From Mytilus trossulus (Eukaryota): 64,000 nucleotides of DNA. This document shows positions 1 to 12,381 of the stretch, piece by piece. Both the position numbers and the translations under genes were made by a program. How positions within the stretch are numbered: the first letter of the stretch is position 1; every line of letters begins with the position of its first letter. Under the pieces are notes generated by a model. That model was given only the letters and a program-made list of their open reading frames with translations, ran no database searches and was not told the origin of the DNA. The stretch lies in contig NC_086381.1 of NCBI RefSeq assembly GCF_036588685.1, forward strand, positions 41,106,001 through 41,170,000. Direction: 5' to 3'.

Positions 1-448
1 ACAAGAATGTGTCCAAAGTACACGGATGCCCCTCTCGCACTATCATTTTCCATGATCAATGGACCATGAAATTGGATAAAAAATATAGTTAGGCATTAAA
101 ATTAGAAAGATAATATCATAGGGAACATGTGTTCTAAGTTTCAAGTTGATTGGAGTTCAACTTCATCAAAAACTACCTTGACCAAGAACTTTAACCTGAA
201 ACATGAACTTTCATTTTCTCTGTTCAGTGGACCGCGAAATTGGGGTCAAAAGTTTAATTTCGCTTTAAAATCAGAAAGATCATATCATAAGGAACATGTG
301 TACTAAGTTTCAAGTTGATTGGACTTCAACTTCATCAAAAACTACCTTGACCAAAAACTTTAACCTGAAGCGGGACAGACGGACGGACGAACGAACGCAC
401 AGACCAGAAAACATAATGCCTCTCTACTATCGTAGGTGGGGCATAAAA
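1..448 (+). mobile_element. Non-autonomous Helentron/pearl-like element, family 1
   Basis: acaagaatgtgtcc start, two ~170-bp tandem cores, (ggac/gaac)n microsatellite, terminal hairpin atgcc.ctctac..gtaggtggggcat. Further copies at 12382 and 14511. Confidence 0.75.
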
Positions 449-1045
449 ATGTGTTTTTCTTCGTAGATCTTACTTTACTGAACATTCTTGCTGCTTACAA
501 TTATCTCTATCTATAATGAACTTGCCCCAGAGGTGACAGAGGAAAATATTTTGTAAAAATTTACAAAATTTTTGAAATTTGTTAAAAGTTGACTATAAAG
601 GGCAATAAAGGTCAATTGGCCATTTTGGTCATGCTTGACGTATTTGTAGTTCTTACTTTGCTTAACATTATTGCTGTTTACAGTTTATCTCTATCTAGAA
701 TAATATTCAAGATAATAACAAAAGCTACAAAATTTTCTTAAAATTACAAATTCAGGGGCAGCAACCCAACAGCAAGTTGCCTAATTGGTCTGAAAATTTC
801 AGGGCAGATAGATCTTGACCGAATGAACAATTTTATCCACGATCAGATTTTCTCTTAATGCTTTGGTTTCAGAGATATGAGCCAAAAACAGCATTATACG
901 CTCTGTTATATCTTTAGCCATGTCGGCCATCTTGGTTTGTGGGCGGGGTCATAGGACACATTTTAAACTAGATACACTAATGATGATTGTGGACAAATTT
1001 GGTTCAATTTGTCTTAGTAGTTTTAAAGTAGAAAATTTTTATACT
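449..1045 (+). mobile_element. Partial copy of Helentron-like family 2
   Basis: Aligns with internal cores of 33399..34585 (gactataaagggcaata, ttcaggggcagcaacccaac). Confidence 0.7.
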
Positions 1046-1279
1046 CAAATTTTAATTTTTATTGTGTTAATTTATAAGTATCATTTGTTAATGGAGAATC
1101 TGAAATCACAAAGATACTGAACTCTGACTGATGAAAACTCAAAATGAAAAGTTCCTAATTAAATGGCAAAATCTCAAGCTCAAACACATCAAATGAGTCA
1201 TATTCCTGAATTCTGACTTAGTACAGGCATTTTCTTATGTGGAAAATAGTGGATTGAATTAATGGATAATGTAAAATCA

Positions 1280-1537
1280 CACCCTAATTTGGCATAAAAA
1301 CCAAACCAACACATTAAACATTACTGAGAACCTACTTTGTCAGACACTCTTAAATTTATATCTTATTACAAAATCTGGTATCTGATGAATCTTAACTGAT
1401 GGTTTGACAACAATTCAAAAGTAGAATTATCAATGATAGATCAACCCAATATACAAGGACGTGAAAGTTTAACTTCAGAGGTGAAATGAATATTCAGTAA
1501 CTAGTCGTAAAATCAACTCAAAATTATAGAAACAAAG
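1280..1537 (+). promoter_or_regulatory. Putative promoter and non-coding first exon of A1 (donor after 1537, spliced to acceptor at 2316)
   Basis: Alignable with 27340..27632 upstream of A2 (CCAAT, ttcagaggt.aa.tgaata, tagaaac.aag|gtaag), while the flanks are not. The ATG exon begins right after ttccag. Confidence 0.55.
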
Positions 1538-2073
1538 GTAAGGGACATTTTTACTTCATCTTTTTTTAATTAATTTGTTTTATTAAGATTAATTTTCGAG
1601 TTTATATATTTGCATTTGCTGAGATGTGTAGAAATTGTGTATTCGCAATTAAAATAATGAAATGTTTCAAGTTTTGAAAGACAATCAATACAGCTTATGA
1701 TTCAGTTCTGTGATAGCATTCATCTAGGGATATAATACTTGATTTTATCTTTTTTCATCATTTATTTATAAAATATAGTAAATTAATAATGATGAAGTAT
1801 TTTACCCCCATAATTAAAGAAAAGAAGTTTATATATCAATGTGTTGCTACATTGACAATCTTAACTGTGTCAATTCAGTAATACCTTCAAAAATTGTTGC
1901 TATGTTTTATCATTGAGAAAAATGGGACAGTATATATATCAGGTTTACATTAACAAAAACTTATAATTTCAGTAGTGTAAATGTTTTAAATTACATTAAA
2001 CAAATTCTTCTTTTTTTACAAGTAATCACTAATTCATAATAATAAATGAACCAATAATAATTTCTGACTTTAC

Positions 2074-2238
2074 AGAGGGGGGATTGGAGGGGTCCTGATC
2101 CTGAAATCCTAGGGTCCCAAATGTAAATAAATTTAAATCCCGAAAAAAATATTCCCAAATCCCAAAAGGATCAATCCTGAAATCCTGAGCTTAAAATCAC
2201 TGATCCCGGAGTCCCGATAACGGTCATATCCCCCCTCT
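2074..2238. mobile_element. MITE in the putative A1 5'UTR intron
   Basis: TIR agaggggggat / atcccccctct, TSD ttac, internal atccc/atcct repeats. Confidence 0.7.
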
Positions 2239-2326
2239 TTACACTGTATCAACATTCAGAATATAAAATACTTCAAAAGATCATAAGATCATTCTCCTAT
2301 TTGTTTTAAATTCCAGATCTGCAATC

Positions 2327-5300
2327 ATGTTTAAAGTCAAATATAACTACAAAGCCTCCATAGATACAGCCATTAACCTTTCTGTCGGAGATAAGATATC
2401 GAATGTTGAAGATCTTGGTAATGGTTGGTCAATGGGACATAATGTGTCAAGTGGAAAAACAGGAACATTTCCAACTAGTTATATTGCCAAAAACTTGACC
2501 TTCAAAGACAAGGTCAAAAGAATGTCAAGGGTAAGGAAGACCACTGACCAACTAGAGATAATGTATAAAGCCATATCTGCATACCAAGCTGACACAGATA
2601 CAGATATCAACCTTTGCGTTGGAGATACCATATCAAACGTTGAAGATGTCGGTAATGGTTGGTCAATGGGACATAATAAGTCAAGTGGGAAAACAGGAAC
2701 ATTTCCAACTAGTTATATTGCCAAAAACTTGACATTAAAAGACAAGGTCAAAAGAATGTCAATGGCGAAGAAGGCGACTGAAACACTAGAAATTAAGTTG
2801 AAAAACAAGAGTGAAGATACAGAGACTTTGGTTCCTCGGATCAAGGCCAAAATTCCTGATCATGTCTTACAAAGAAGACTTACTCGTGTTCCTGAACATT
2901 CTAATATTGTACAGAACAAAATTTCTAAAATTGTTCCAAAGCCAGTCAAATCCTTTGTCAACAGCAGCCGTGGAGATCACAGGATCGTGAAAGGCATCTT
3001 TGGGATATTTGGAGGTTTTATTGCCTGTGGAATCCTGTTTGTTCTCTTGAGATACAGTAATGAGTATTCTCTACAAATATCTTGCTACATAACAATAGGA
3101 TTTTCCCTCCCTATATGTGCAGCATTAGCCATTTCTACACACATGAGATGTATCTTTTTACTAATGGTTCCCAACCTGTTCACTGGAAAAGGACGAGCTG
3201 TATTCATGTCCATTATATTTGCCATGTTACTTGCTGGTCCCGTAGTAAACATTGTATACAATGCAGAGCAAGCATCGCAATCTATGGCCTGCACCCAGGA
3301 ACTGATCTATAACCAGACTTCCATCCTCAGAGGTCAACTAGAAGAACCAATTAGATTAATAGAAAGGAGAATTTATGAAGGCCTTGTCAAAATGAGGAAC
3401 ATTGCACATTCCATCAAAAATGCTATTGCACCAGTTACTAATGCAGTAAAAGTTTTTGCCGATGGTCTCAACACAGCTAAAAATGCACTAAAAAATGCAG
3501 CTAAGGTATTAGTTTTATTTACTTTGCATCATCTTTGCAGGTTAAAAAAAACCAACAGAATTTGTCTTTGCTTTAATTAACTCAATTTATTTTTTGTAAT
3601 TGATAAACACATTGCATTTTCATAGATATTTTAGTCTAGTGTTTTTTACATTCACAAAAGCAACAGAAAATTTGTATTTCTTTCAGCTCTTGAATTTGAG
3701 ATTCAATGTCACCTATAACACAAAACAAGCCAGAAAACTATAGTATTTCATGAAATAAATAATGGTTCCTTCAGTCTTAATTATATAAAACACAGGCAAA
3801 CTAAGTTTAAATAAATTGTTACCATATTTCTTCTAACTGTTTATATCATTTATCAGAGGATAATTCATTGGAAACATTTTCCTGTATTTAATTCCCCTCC
3901 CGTTTAACTGTATTTCTGTGCTTTCTATCTTTCCTTCCAATTAAATACATTTCCAAAGTTTCTAATTTTCCATCCCTGTTAATTGCATTTCTTAGCTTTC
4001 TATTTCTTCCTCTCCATTACAAGTATTTCAAAGCTTTTGATTTTTTTCCCTTCCTTAGTAGAATAGTTCCCTAGCTTCCTTTTTTTCTCTCCCCCACTCT
4101 ATTACCAGTAAAAGTTCTTTGTCTCCTCATTACCAGTAAAAGTTCTATTTCTGCTCTTTACCAGAAAAGTTCTTTTTCTGCTCTTTACCAGTAAAAGTTC
4201 TTTTTCTGCTCTTTACCAGTAAAAGTTCTATTTCTCCTCATTAACAGTAAAAGTTCTTTTTCTGCTCATTACCAGTGAAAGTTCTTTTTCTGCTCATTAC
4301 CAGTGCAAGTTCTTTTTCTGCTCTTTATCAGTAAAAGTTTTTTTATTGCTCTTTACCAGTAAAAGTTCTTTTTCTGCTCATTACCAGTGAAAGTTCTTTT
4401 TCTGCTCTTTACCAGTGAAAGTTCTTTTTCTGCTCTTTACCAGTGAAAGTTCTTTTTCTGCTCTTTACCAGTAAAAGTTCTTTTTCTGCTCTTTACCAGT
4501 AAAAGTTCTTTTTCTGCTCTTTACCAGTAAAAGTTCTTTTTCGGCTCATTACCAGTGAAAGTTCTTTTTCTGCTCTTTACCATTAAAAGTTCTTTTTCTG
4601 CTCTTTACCAGTAAAAGTTCTTTTTCTGCTCATTACCAGTGAAAGTTCTTTTTCTGCTCTTTACCAGTAAAAGTTCTTTTTCTGCTCTTTACCAGTAAAA
4701 GTTCTTTTTCTGCTCATTACCAGTGAAAGTTCTTTTTCTGCTCATTACCAGTGAAAGTTCTTTTTCTGCTCTTTACCAGTAAAAGTTCTTTTTCTGCTCT
4801 TTACCAGTGAAAGTTCTATTTCTGTTCTTTACCAGTAAAAGTTCTTTTTCTGCTCTTTACCAGTGAAAGTTCTTTTTCTGCTCTTTACCAGTGAAAGTTC
4901 TATTTCTGCTCTTTACCAGTAAAAGTTCTTTTTCTGTTCTTTACCAGTAAAAGTTCTTTTTCTGCTCATTACCAGTAAAAGTTCTATTTCTCCTCATTAC
5001 CAGTAAAAGTTCTTTTTCTGCTCTTTACCAGTGAAAGTTCTTTTTCTGCTCTTTACCAGTAAAAGTTCTTTTTCTGCTCTTTACCAGAAAAGTTCTTTTT
5101 CTGCTCATTACCAGTGAAAGTTCTATTTCTGTTCTTTACCAGTGAAAGTTCTTTTTCTGCTCTTTACCAGTGAAAGTTCTATTTCTGCTCTTTACCAGTG
5201 AAAGTTCTTTTTCTGCTCATTACCAGTGAAAGTTCTATTTCTGTTCTTTACCAGTAAAAGTTCTTTTTCTGCTCTTTACCAGTAAAAGTTCCTTTTCTGC

Positions 5301-7881
5301 TCATAACCAGTAAAAGTTCTTTTTCTGCTCTTTACCAGTAAAAGTTCTTTTTTCTCCTCATTTATCAAATTTGCAACCTATTTATTTTTTCCACTATCAC
5401 ATGTATTCAATGATTTCTTTTTTATTCTCCCATTTTCATATATTTCTACTTTGTTATTGCCTTCATGTTAAATGATTTTTTCTCTTTATAATGATTTTAA
5501 TACTTTGCATTTTCCCTAGGAATGTAGTAGAGGAGTGGAAAAAGCCCAGTTTGAATGTGAGAGGGGAATAAACTATGCTAAAAATAAGTGTGAAGAAGAC
5601 CTGAGAAGGGCAGACCCTTCAAATAAAGTCATCAAATTTGGTAAAGACGTAGCCAGAACTGGGGAAGACGTAGTGAGGAAAATAGAAAGAACTGGGGATA
5701 ACATTGTGAGGTCGCTAGGAAGGATTTTTGGGAAAAAAAGGAAAAGAAGGAGGGCTATGACAGAGGAAGAGAAAAATGCAATAGAGTTAGCTAAACAGCT
5801 GATGGAACAAGAAACACCATTACAAAGATATGGTGATTACCTTAACTCTAACAATGATGAAACAATAACCAATAACACCAGACTGCATAACCAACATGCA
5901 CTGAAAAGGTAGGTTAGAGAATAAACATACAGAGCATGCACTGAAATGGTAGGGATAGATTATACAAATAAATGTACCTTGATCTATAACGTTTTTCTAT
6001 TATAAATTGGTACTTCGATTTGTCTCATTGGAACTCATGCCACATCTTCATATATCTATAATTAACATGCACTGAAATGATAGGTTAGATAAAAAAAAAA
6101 ATCATCAACATGTGGTAAAATGGTAGGAGAATAAACATAAACCCCATGCATGCACTGAAATGGTAAGTTAGAGACAAACATAAGCAGCATGCTCTGAAAA
6201 AGTAAGTTCAAGAGAACAAACATAAACACCATGCACTTAGAGTTTCAATTCAGACAGAATAAACACATATAGGTATGAAGAAAAAAACACTAGTAAACGT
6301 CATGCAACATTTATTCTTTACCCTGAATGAATTTTTTTTCCAATACCCACCAACAAAAGTTGTTTTGATTTAGGGCATTTAAAGGACCAATTTATTAACT
6401 CTGCCACATTGTTTGTACAGAGTTAAGACATTTGCCTGTTGCCTTTATTATATAATTTTACCCCCTCTTTGTTTGGTTTAAGTGTTTTTTAAAGTATGCA
6501 TCAAAGAGCAAAACACAACAAAATGTAAAAAAATAAGAACTTTACTGTACAGTAAATTACAGTACTTCTTTGATTAATGATGGATATTTGTTTCCTTTGT
6601 AGGTCAAGGAGAGGTTTTTTGCATCATTTATGTATTGTTCTAGACATTGGGGCAGTTTGTAAAGTTGTCCAAGTAGGAACGTATGTTGCCTGTACACCTC
6701 TAAAATTCATAGCGCATATCATAGAAGTAGCTAATAATGAGATAAATTCCTTCTTAGATGGGATCACCTCCTTCTTCTCATTCGATTTTGAAGGAGGTTT
6801 TGATGCCGATGGGAAAATCAATTCCTCAAAAACAGCAGCACAAATCATTTCCCAAGTTAAAGCAGACATACAGTCTAGAACTAAATGGATTCTAACAGTA
6901 TCTGGTATAGTCAGTAACGTTCTTGTCATCACTCTATTGTTATTATTTCTTAAGTCAATCTTCTATCTTAAGAAGTTTCTCAGTAAGGATCGTTATGACA
7001 ATATCTACATTTCAAAGGCTTTTAAGACTTACGACCAGCAATGCAAGGCACAGGGAAAACCATCAGTTTTACCGCTGAAGAGAAAAGAATGCAGAAACTA
7101 CGCTGACACTCGGTCACCATGGCTATCATCAAAAGAAATAGATCATGCTAAAACTGGTATTACTAAAATTGGAATTCATATCTTGATAGCTACTGTTATA
7201 ATTTTCTTTGACTATGTTCTTTACTTTGTTTTAAAGCTTATTGATCGCTTTGGTAACCTGAATATAAATATCGGTGGCAACAGTTCCCTGAGTGTATCTG
7301 TAGAGGGCAGTGGATTTATTTCAGCATTTCTGAGAGCGTTCCTAGGCACTGTTGAATTAGATTCTGACTTTGGTGTTGAGTTTAACCTAACAACTTGTAT
7401 CCCAACTCCCAGTAAACCAGATGATGATAATATTTACAAGTTTAGTTTCCTTTACTTCTTTGCATTTGTGTTCCTTATAATGCAGGCTTATGGTTTACGT
7501 TTACGAAGGAAAATTGTCACATTCTTCTATCCAGAGCGAGATATTGAGAGGATAAAATATCTTCATGAGAAAATACGACACCAGAGAAAATCTCTGATGA
7601 ATTGGTTGACCCAGCATGTAATATCTAGAAACAAGCAATTCCATACGGAAAATCGTATATCTTTCCGCGGATGGATGGAATACCGATGTCCAATATTTGC
7701 TAATTGCTTTTGCCCTTGTCTTACATATAAGACATGCATTAGCTGTGAAAATAAGGATGGCGGTAAAATTCGCTTCCATCAATGTGATAAATGTCAATCT
7801 AATTACTGTGAGGAATGTTTTGGAGATATGAATTACATTTGTCTTGTTTGTAAAACTGAAACAAACATATCTAAACCTTAG
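2327..7881 (+). CDS. Gene A1: tandem-SH3 + DC-STAMP domain multi-pass membrane protein with C-terminal RING-like Cys8 domain (DCST1/DCST2/Sneaky-like); join(2327..3505,5520..5908,6603..7881), 948 aa
   Basis: Canonical GT-AG junctions keep frame (AAG|gtatta...ccctag|GAA, phase 0; AG|gtaggt...ttgtag|G, phase 2). Two SH3 motifs (GD.I.NV...GW..G....GKTGTFPTSYI). DC-STAMP-family motifs RC..LL.VP.LF.GKGR, GP..NI..N, S..C..EL, DRYDNIYI, LPL, LRRKI..FFYPERD.ERI. C-terminal CxxC...CxxC....CxxC.......CxxC. Confidence 0.9.
4100..5362 (+). repeat. 28-bp minisatellite (~45 copies) in A1 intron
   Basis: Unit ctttaccagt[a/g]aaagttctttttctgct. Confidence 0.95.
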
Positions 7882-8082
7882 TCTAATACATGTATATAGC
7901 AACATTCTGTCATGAATGCAGATCTTGAAGTGTAAATAATAAATATAATTTTTATAAACCTGTTATATTTTTTAACAAAAAATGTACTTTGAAAAATAAA
8001 AATTTGTAGAGAAATTGTTCTTTCTCTTTTAATAATAGCAAACCAATAGTACAATTAACTACCAGACAGTGCATTTAATCAA

Positions 8083-8246
8083 GAAATTATTCTTTCATGC
8101 CATGCTCTATGCTAATTTTAACATGGGTAGGCATTATATTTGTTAATATCTTAAAACTGAGTGTTAGTGAGGTATTAAATGTTTACAAATATAATGCATA
8201 CCCATGTTAAAATGAGCATAAAGCATGGCATGATAGAATTATTTCC
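8083..8246. repeat. Fold-back inverted repeat (~60-bp arms) downstream of A1
   Basis: tcatgccatgctctatgctaattttaacatgggtaggcattatatttg pairs with caaatataatgcatacccatgttaaaatgagcataaagcatggcatga. Confidence 0.75.
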
Positions 8247-9780
8247 ATTCTAAAAGGAATATTTTGAACTTCTGTACTTCGAAGCGGCCCTAAAGAAGTC
8301 ATTCGAAATGTCGCCATTTTATTTTGATGAACAAAAACAGTTTAGGACAATCAGCAGTTCATCAATAAAAAAAGAACAAAAACATTTTAAACTTACTTTT
8401 AGAATGTTTTAATTTAATTTCCTAGCGAGCAACACCAACAAAAATGTCCATTTTGATATCTGGCATTTTTCAAAATTCATATGACGTTGCAATTTCAATT
8501 GTGACGTCAATCATGTGCAGCCAGCCCATGTTCTATTCAATTAGAACATGGCTTTGTACCCAAAGCTAAAGAAGAACGTCATATTAGAACTCAATTTGAA
8601 ACATACCAACTTACCAAACAATAGACACTGTATTTGACCAATTAATAAGGGTGAGAGGATGGGACAAAAACACAAAATCAAAATATTCTTTAGACAGTTT
8701 TCAACCTGCATTCTTATAATCTCATTGGACATAATATCATATAAAAGATGAAGTATGATTGCCAATGAGACAAATATCCAACAAAAACCAAATGATTAAG
8801 ATGTCAACAACCATAGATCACCAGTTAGCCTTCAACAATGAGCAAAACTCATTCAGCAGAGTTTGCCTAAAAAAAAACATATTGATAAAATGTGAATTTA
8901 ATCAATATAATGAAAGATGTTCTGAGATTCTATCAGACAGAGCGTATAGTTATGCTGATTTTGTAGATCAAATTACCACTTCATAGGTCAGTGTGAGTTT
9001 GGTTGGTTTTCTAAGAATTGATAAATTTTCTAATCTGATTCTTTATCTCATTTCCTGGGAAGAATTTAAGGGAAAAGAGCCATTTCCTACAGGCAAAGCA
9101 GTTGCGGTTTCAGTTTGTAATCTGGATTTGTTTTCTCAATTCATTTATGACTTTTGAACAGCTGTTTACTACTGGTGCCTTTATCTATTTCTATTTCCAT
9201 GTTATTTGGTAATGCAGCAGAAGATTTATTTTCTCTTTTATTTGGGGTTTTTATCCTCTGAACCACAAATAAGAGACATTTTATTTTTAAAGAAAAAGGT
9301 ATTCTGTGATGCATTGTGGGTAATACTTTTAGCAGAATACATCAAAACTTTTCAATATCCTGACAATCACCTAACAAAAAAGGAAAACACTTTATGTAAA
9401 TTTTACGCATTGGAAGTGCATTTAACTTCATCAGGAGTGCACAATGCCATAGATTTAAGAGAATATATTTCCTAAACAATGGAAATTCAGCCAGTGGCGT
9501 GACATTATTTTCATTTTAGGTACCAAAACAAAATCTCCCATAATTCTGGATAAGTTTTGAAACAGCTTATTGGTAGATTTTGCCAAGTGCCAACAGGAGT
9601 GATGGAAGTACATTTAGATTGCTAAATACAGGTCTCCTCAAAAGTTGATGCTAATGTCCTTGAATGTACTGATTGCATGGCACTCATCCTCATATTTTAT
9701 TGCATAGATTAACTTTGTCGTATTTGGCACAACATTTTGGATTTTGGATCCTCAATGCTCTTCAACTTTGAACTTGTTTG

Positions 9781-10020
9781 GGCCACACTTAAAAATATTT
9801 TGGTTTGCCCAAAGGTTGAGACAGTGGGAGGTAGGTAGGTATTTCTTTTTTTTCTTCTTCAAAAAAAGAAATTGAAGTATGATATCAGATGTTTATTAGT
9901 CTTCATGCCTATTTGATTGAAAAAAAAATCTTCAAATCAGGACAATAAAAGAATTTGAGTAGGCAGCTTTTTTCTGGGTAGGTAGCGTTTGGGCAAACAA
10001 ACCTATTACTTATTATGGCC
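9781..10020. mobile_element. MITE-like insert inside the retrozyme-like repeat
   Basis: ggcca...tggcc ends with subterminal inverted gtttgcccaaa / tttgggcaaac. Confidence 0.55.
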
Positions 10021-10049
10021 TTGGCTTTATAAATATTTTGTTGATATGA

Positions 10050-10093
10050 GCGTCACTGATGAGTCTTATGTAGACAAAACGCACGACTGGTGT
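10050..10093 (+). ncRNA. Degenerate type I hammerhead ribozyme within a retrozyme-like dispersed repeat (~9700..10130)
   Basis: Helix I GCGTCA/TGGTGT; core CTGATGA; helix II GTCT-tatgt-AGAC; AAAAC in place of GAAAC; GAC in place of the GTC cleavage triplet. Predicted inactive. Confidence 0.7.
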
Positions 10094-12381
10094 ACTACAT
10101 CATAATCCTGGTACCTTTAATAACTATTAATGACATTTTCTCAAATGTTGTGTTGTCCCTTTATGTTACTCATCTTATTTTGTCCCTCTTGATGAGTTAA
10201 GTCTAATGAGGGATGCTTTGTGATTTTTGTAATTGTAGTTCAGTGATCAGGGTTGACTCCAACAAAGAACATGTTTATGTCTGGCACTTAGACCTTGTAT
10301 GGGACATCAAATTGGAATTACAAGATATCTAAATGTAAAGCAATGTGAAGTCATAATTGGACCATTACAATCTGGTGCCCAATGGATTTTTTTCTTTCAA
10401 ATTGTAAATTTTCTTGTTTTTATCAGAAAACAGAAATTCAAAAGTTTATAAATTTTCTGTGGCACAAGCAAATGACCAGGAAATAGATATAAACAGCTTA
10501 TAGTCTATCGGGAATGGCTCTTTTCCTTTAAGTATTCCTCAGGAAATAGATATAAACAGCTTATAGTCTATAGGGAATGACTCTTTTCCTGCAAGTCTTC
10601 CTCAGGAAATGAGATTAACATGATAAAGTTCCCAAAATTTGTCCATTTTCTAGAAAAATAATGCAACATACAATCAAGTTTAAATTAATTACTTCATATA
10701 CAAAATTTGTGTATCAGAAAAACAGATTATTATCTTACTAAAATCTGAGAACAACCAGTATGGTGGTTAAATGGACATGATTTTTTTACTTTTGATCAAT
10801 TTAAGGCTTTTTTAATTTAAAGCTGACTATTATATAGTTTTGAATTTTATTGAAGACAAAGTAAATTATATGTACAATTCCAATCCCCCTTCCCCTTTTG
10901 CGATTATTTGGGGTTTACCTGTCAATTTAAAAATTTTCAATTTAAAGTGTGCTGTTTCAGTGAATAAATACAATAGCTAGTTTTCTTTTTGGAATTTATT
11001 CAATGGAACCTTTACATCTCTCAATTTTTAGTTACACAAAATAATAAAATCCTACTGAATAAAGAAAACATGTACCAACACTCAATAATGACACACATTT
11101 TAAGAGCTAAAATAATTGATTCCACAATTATGCCAAATACAGCCAAATATAAGACAACTGAAGCACAAAAATATGGATTTAATTTGCTCAGTACAGAAAA
11201 AAAGACTTGTAAAATAATTTTTAGCAGTGAATAAACGTACATACATCCAAAGTCATCCAACAACAAACAATAATAAAACATTTAAGCAAATTTTACCCAA
11301 CTATGAAATATATGTCTTGGAGACATAAATAAAGCAGTTTTGTACTATACATGAAAACTAGTGATTAATTTAATGATGTACAAAGAATGCTTTTACATAA
11401 CTCTTCAATTGAATACATTGCTATTGTCCTTTGTGTTGTTTATTCATGGATATTAAAATGTTTTTGAAATTTTGTCAGAAATCAACTTTGAATCACTGTT
11501 TACATCATTATTGAAAATATGTTTTCCACTTGTTTTGGGAGTTAACACATGTATTTTTCACCCCAAAAAAGGTGAAAAGGGTATGTGTGGGGGGTTTTGG
11601 ACTGGGCACATTGATCCTAAATTCAGCTCTGTTGTCGAGCTGACTGTTTATACAGTTATAAGTATTTAGAAGATACTTTAGTACTCTGCGTCATAGATAT
11701 GTTTCTAGTGCTATGTTTTTTTTTTAAATCTTTGTAATTGAAAGATCACACTACTAAATTTAAAGTCAAAAGTATACCCTATTTCAAGTTTGAACTTTTG
11801 AACACTGGTTTTACTACTGTTGCCTTTAAGATACAAGATGTTGACAAACAGAGGATGAGTGCCATGTCATCAGTACATTTTTAACCCTAGCATCATCTCC
11901 TGAGGGGACCTGTATTTGGTCTGTACTAGATAGATATTGGTGCCAATATCCAACATATCCTTATTTAACAGTGGCAATCTAAATGTACTACATCAATCCT
12001 GGCCAACCTTCTTTGCAGAACCTACCAATAAGCTGTTTCAAAATCCAAAGTATTATATGAGATTTCATTGTTAATTACCCTAAAATGAAAATGATATGAT
12101 GTCCTGTCATTGGCTGAACTTCCATTGTTTAAGAAGTTGTTAATGGCAAATAACAAAGTGTTGGTATATTCTCTTGAAAATATTACCCACAATTCATGAC
12201 TTTCTGAAGCAGCTTATTACATGAATTTTTAATATAATCTTTTGAATATATATGAAATATTTTTGATTGAACATTAAACATGCAAGATTCAATTCATCAA
12301 TGATAAATTCAAATATCAGCAATGAAAGATATCTAATAACTTTATGTTTAAAATTGTAAGGTTACTTGATTTGAGATAAAA

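Noticed and set aside
3082-3312. Alternate-frame and antisense ORFs shared by paralogs (e.g. 3082/29140, 15740/48304, 22064/52001)
   Set aside because: These are shadows of near-identical coding DNA with no independent evidence.
3506-3580. C-terminal tails of ORF-track proteins (also 16194-16205, 29564-29596, 48758-48769) and N-terminal extensions (6577-6602, 47951-48076)
   Set aside because: These are read-through into introns. Homology between paralogs stops at the GT/AG sites.
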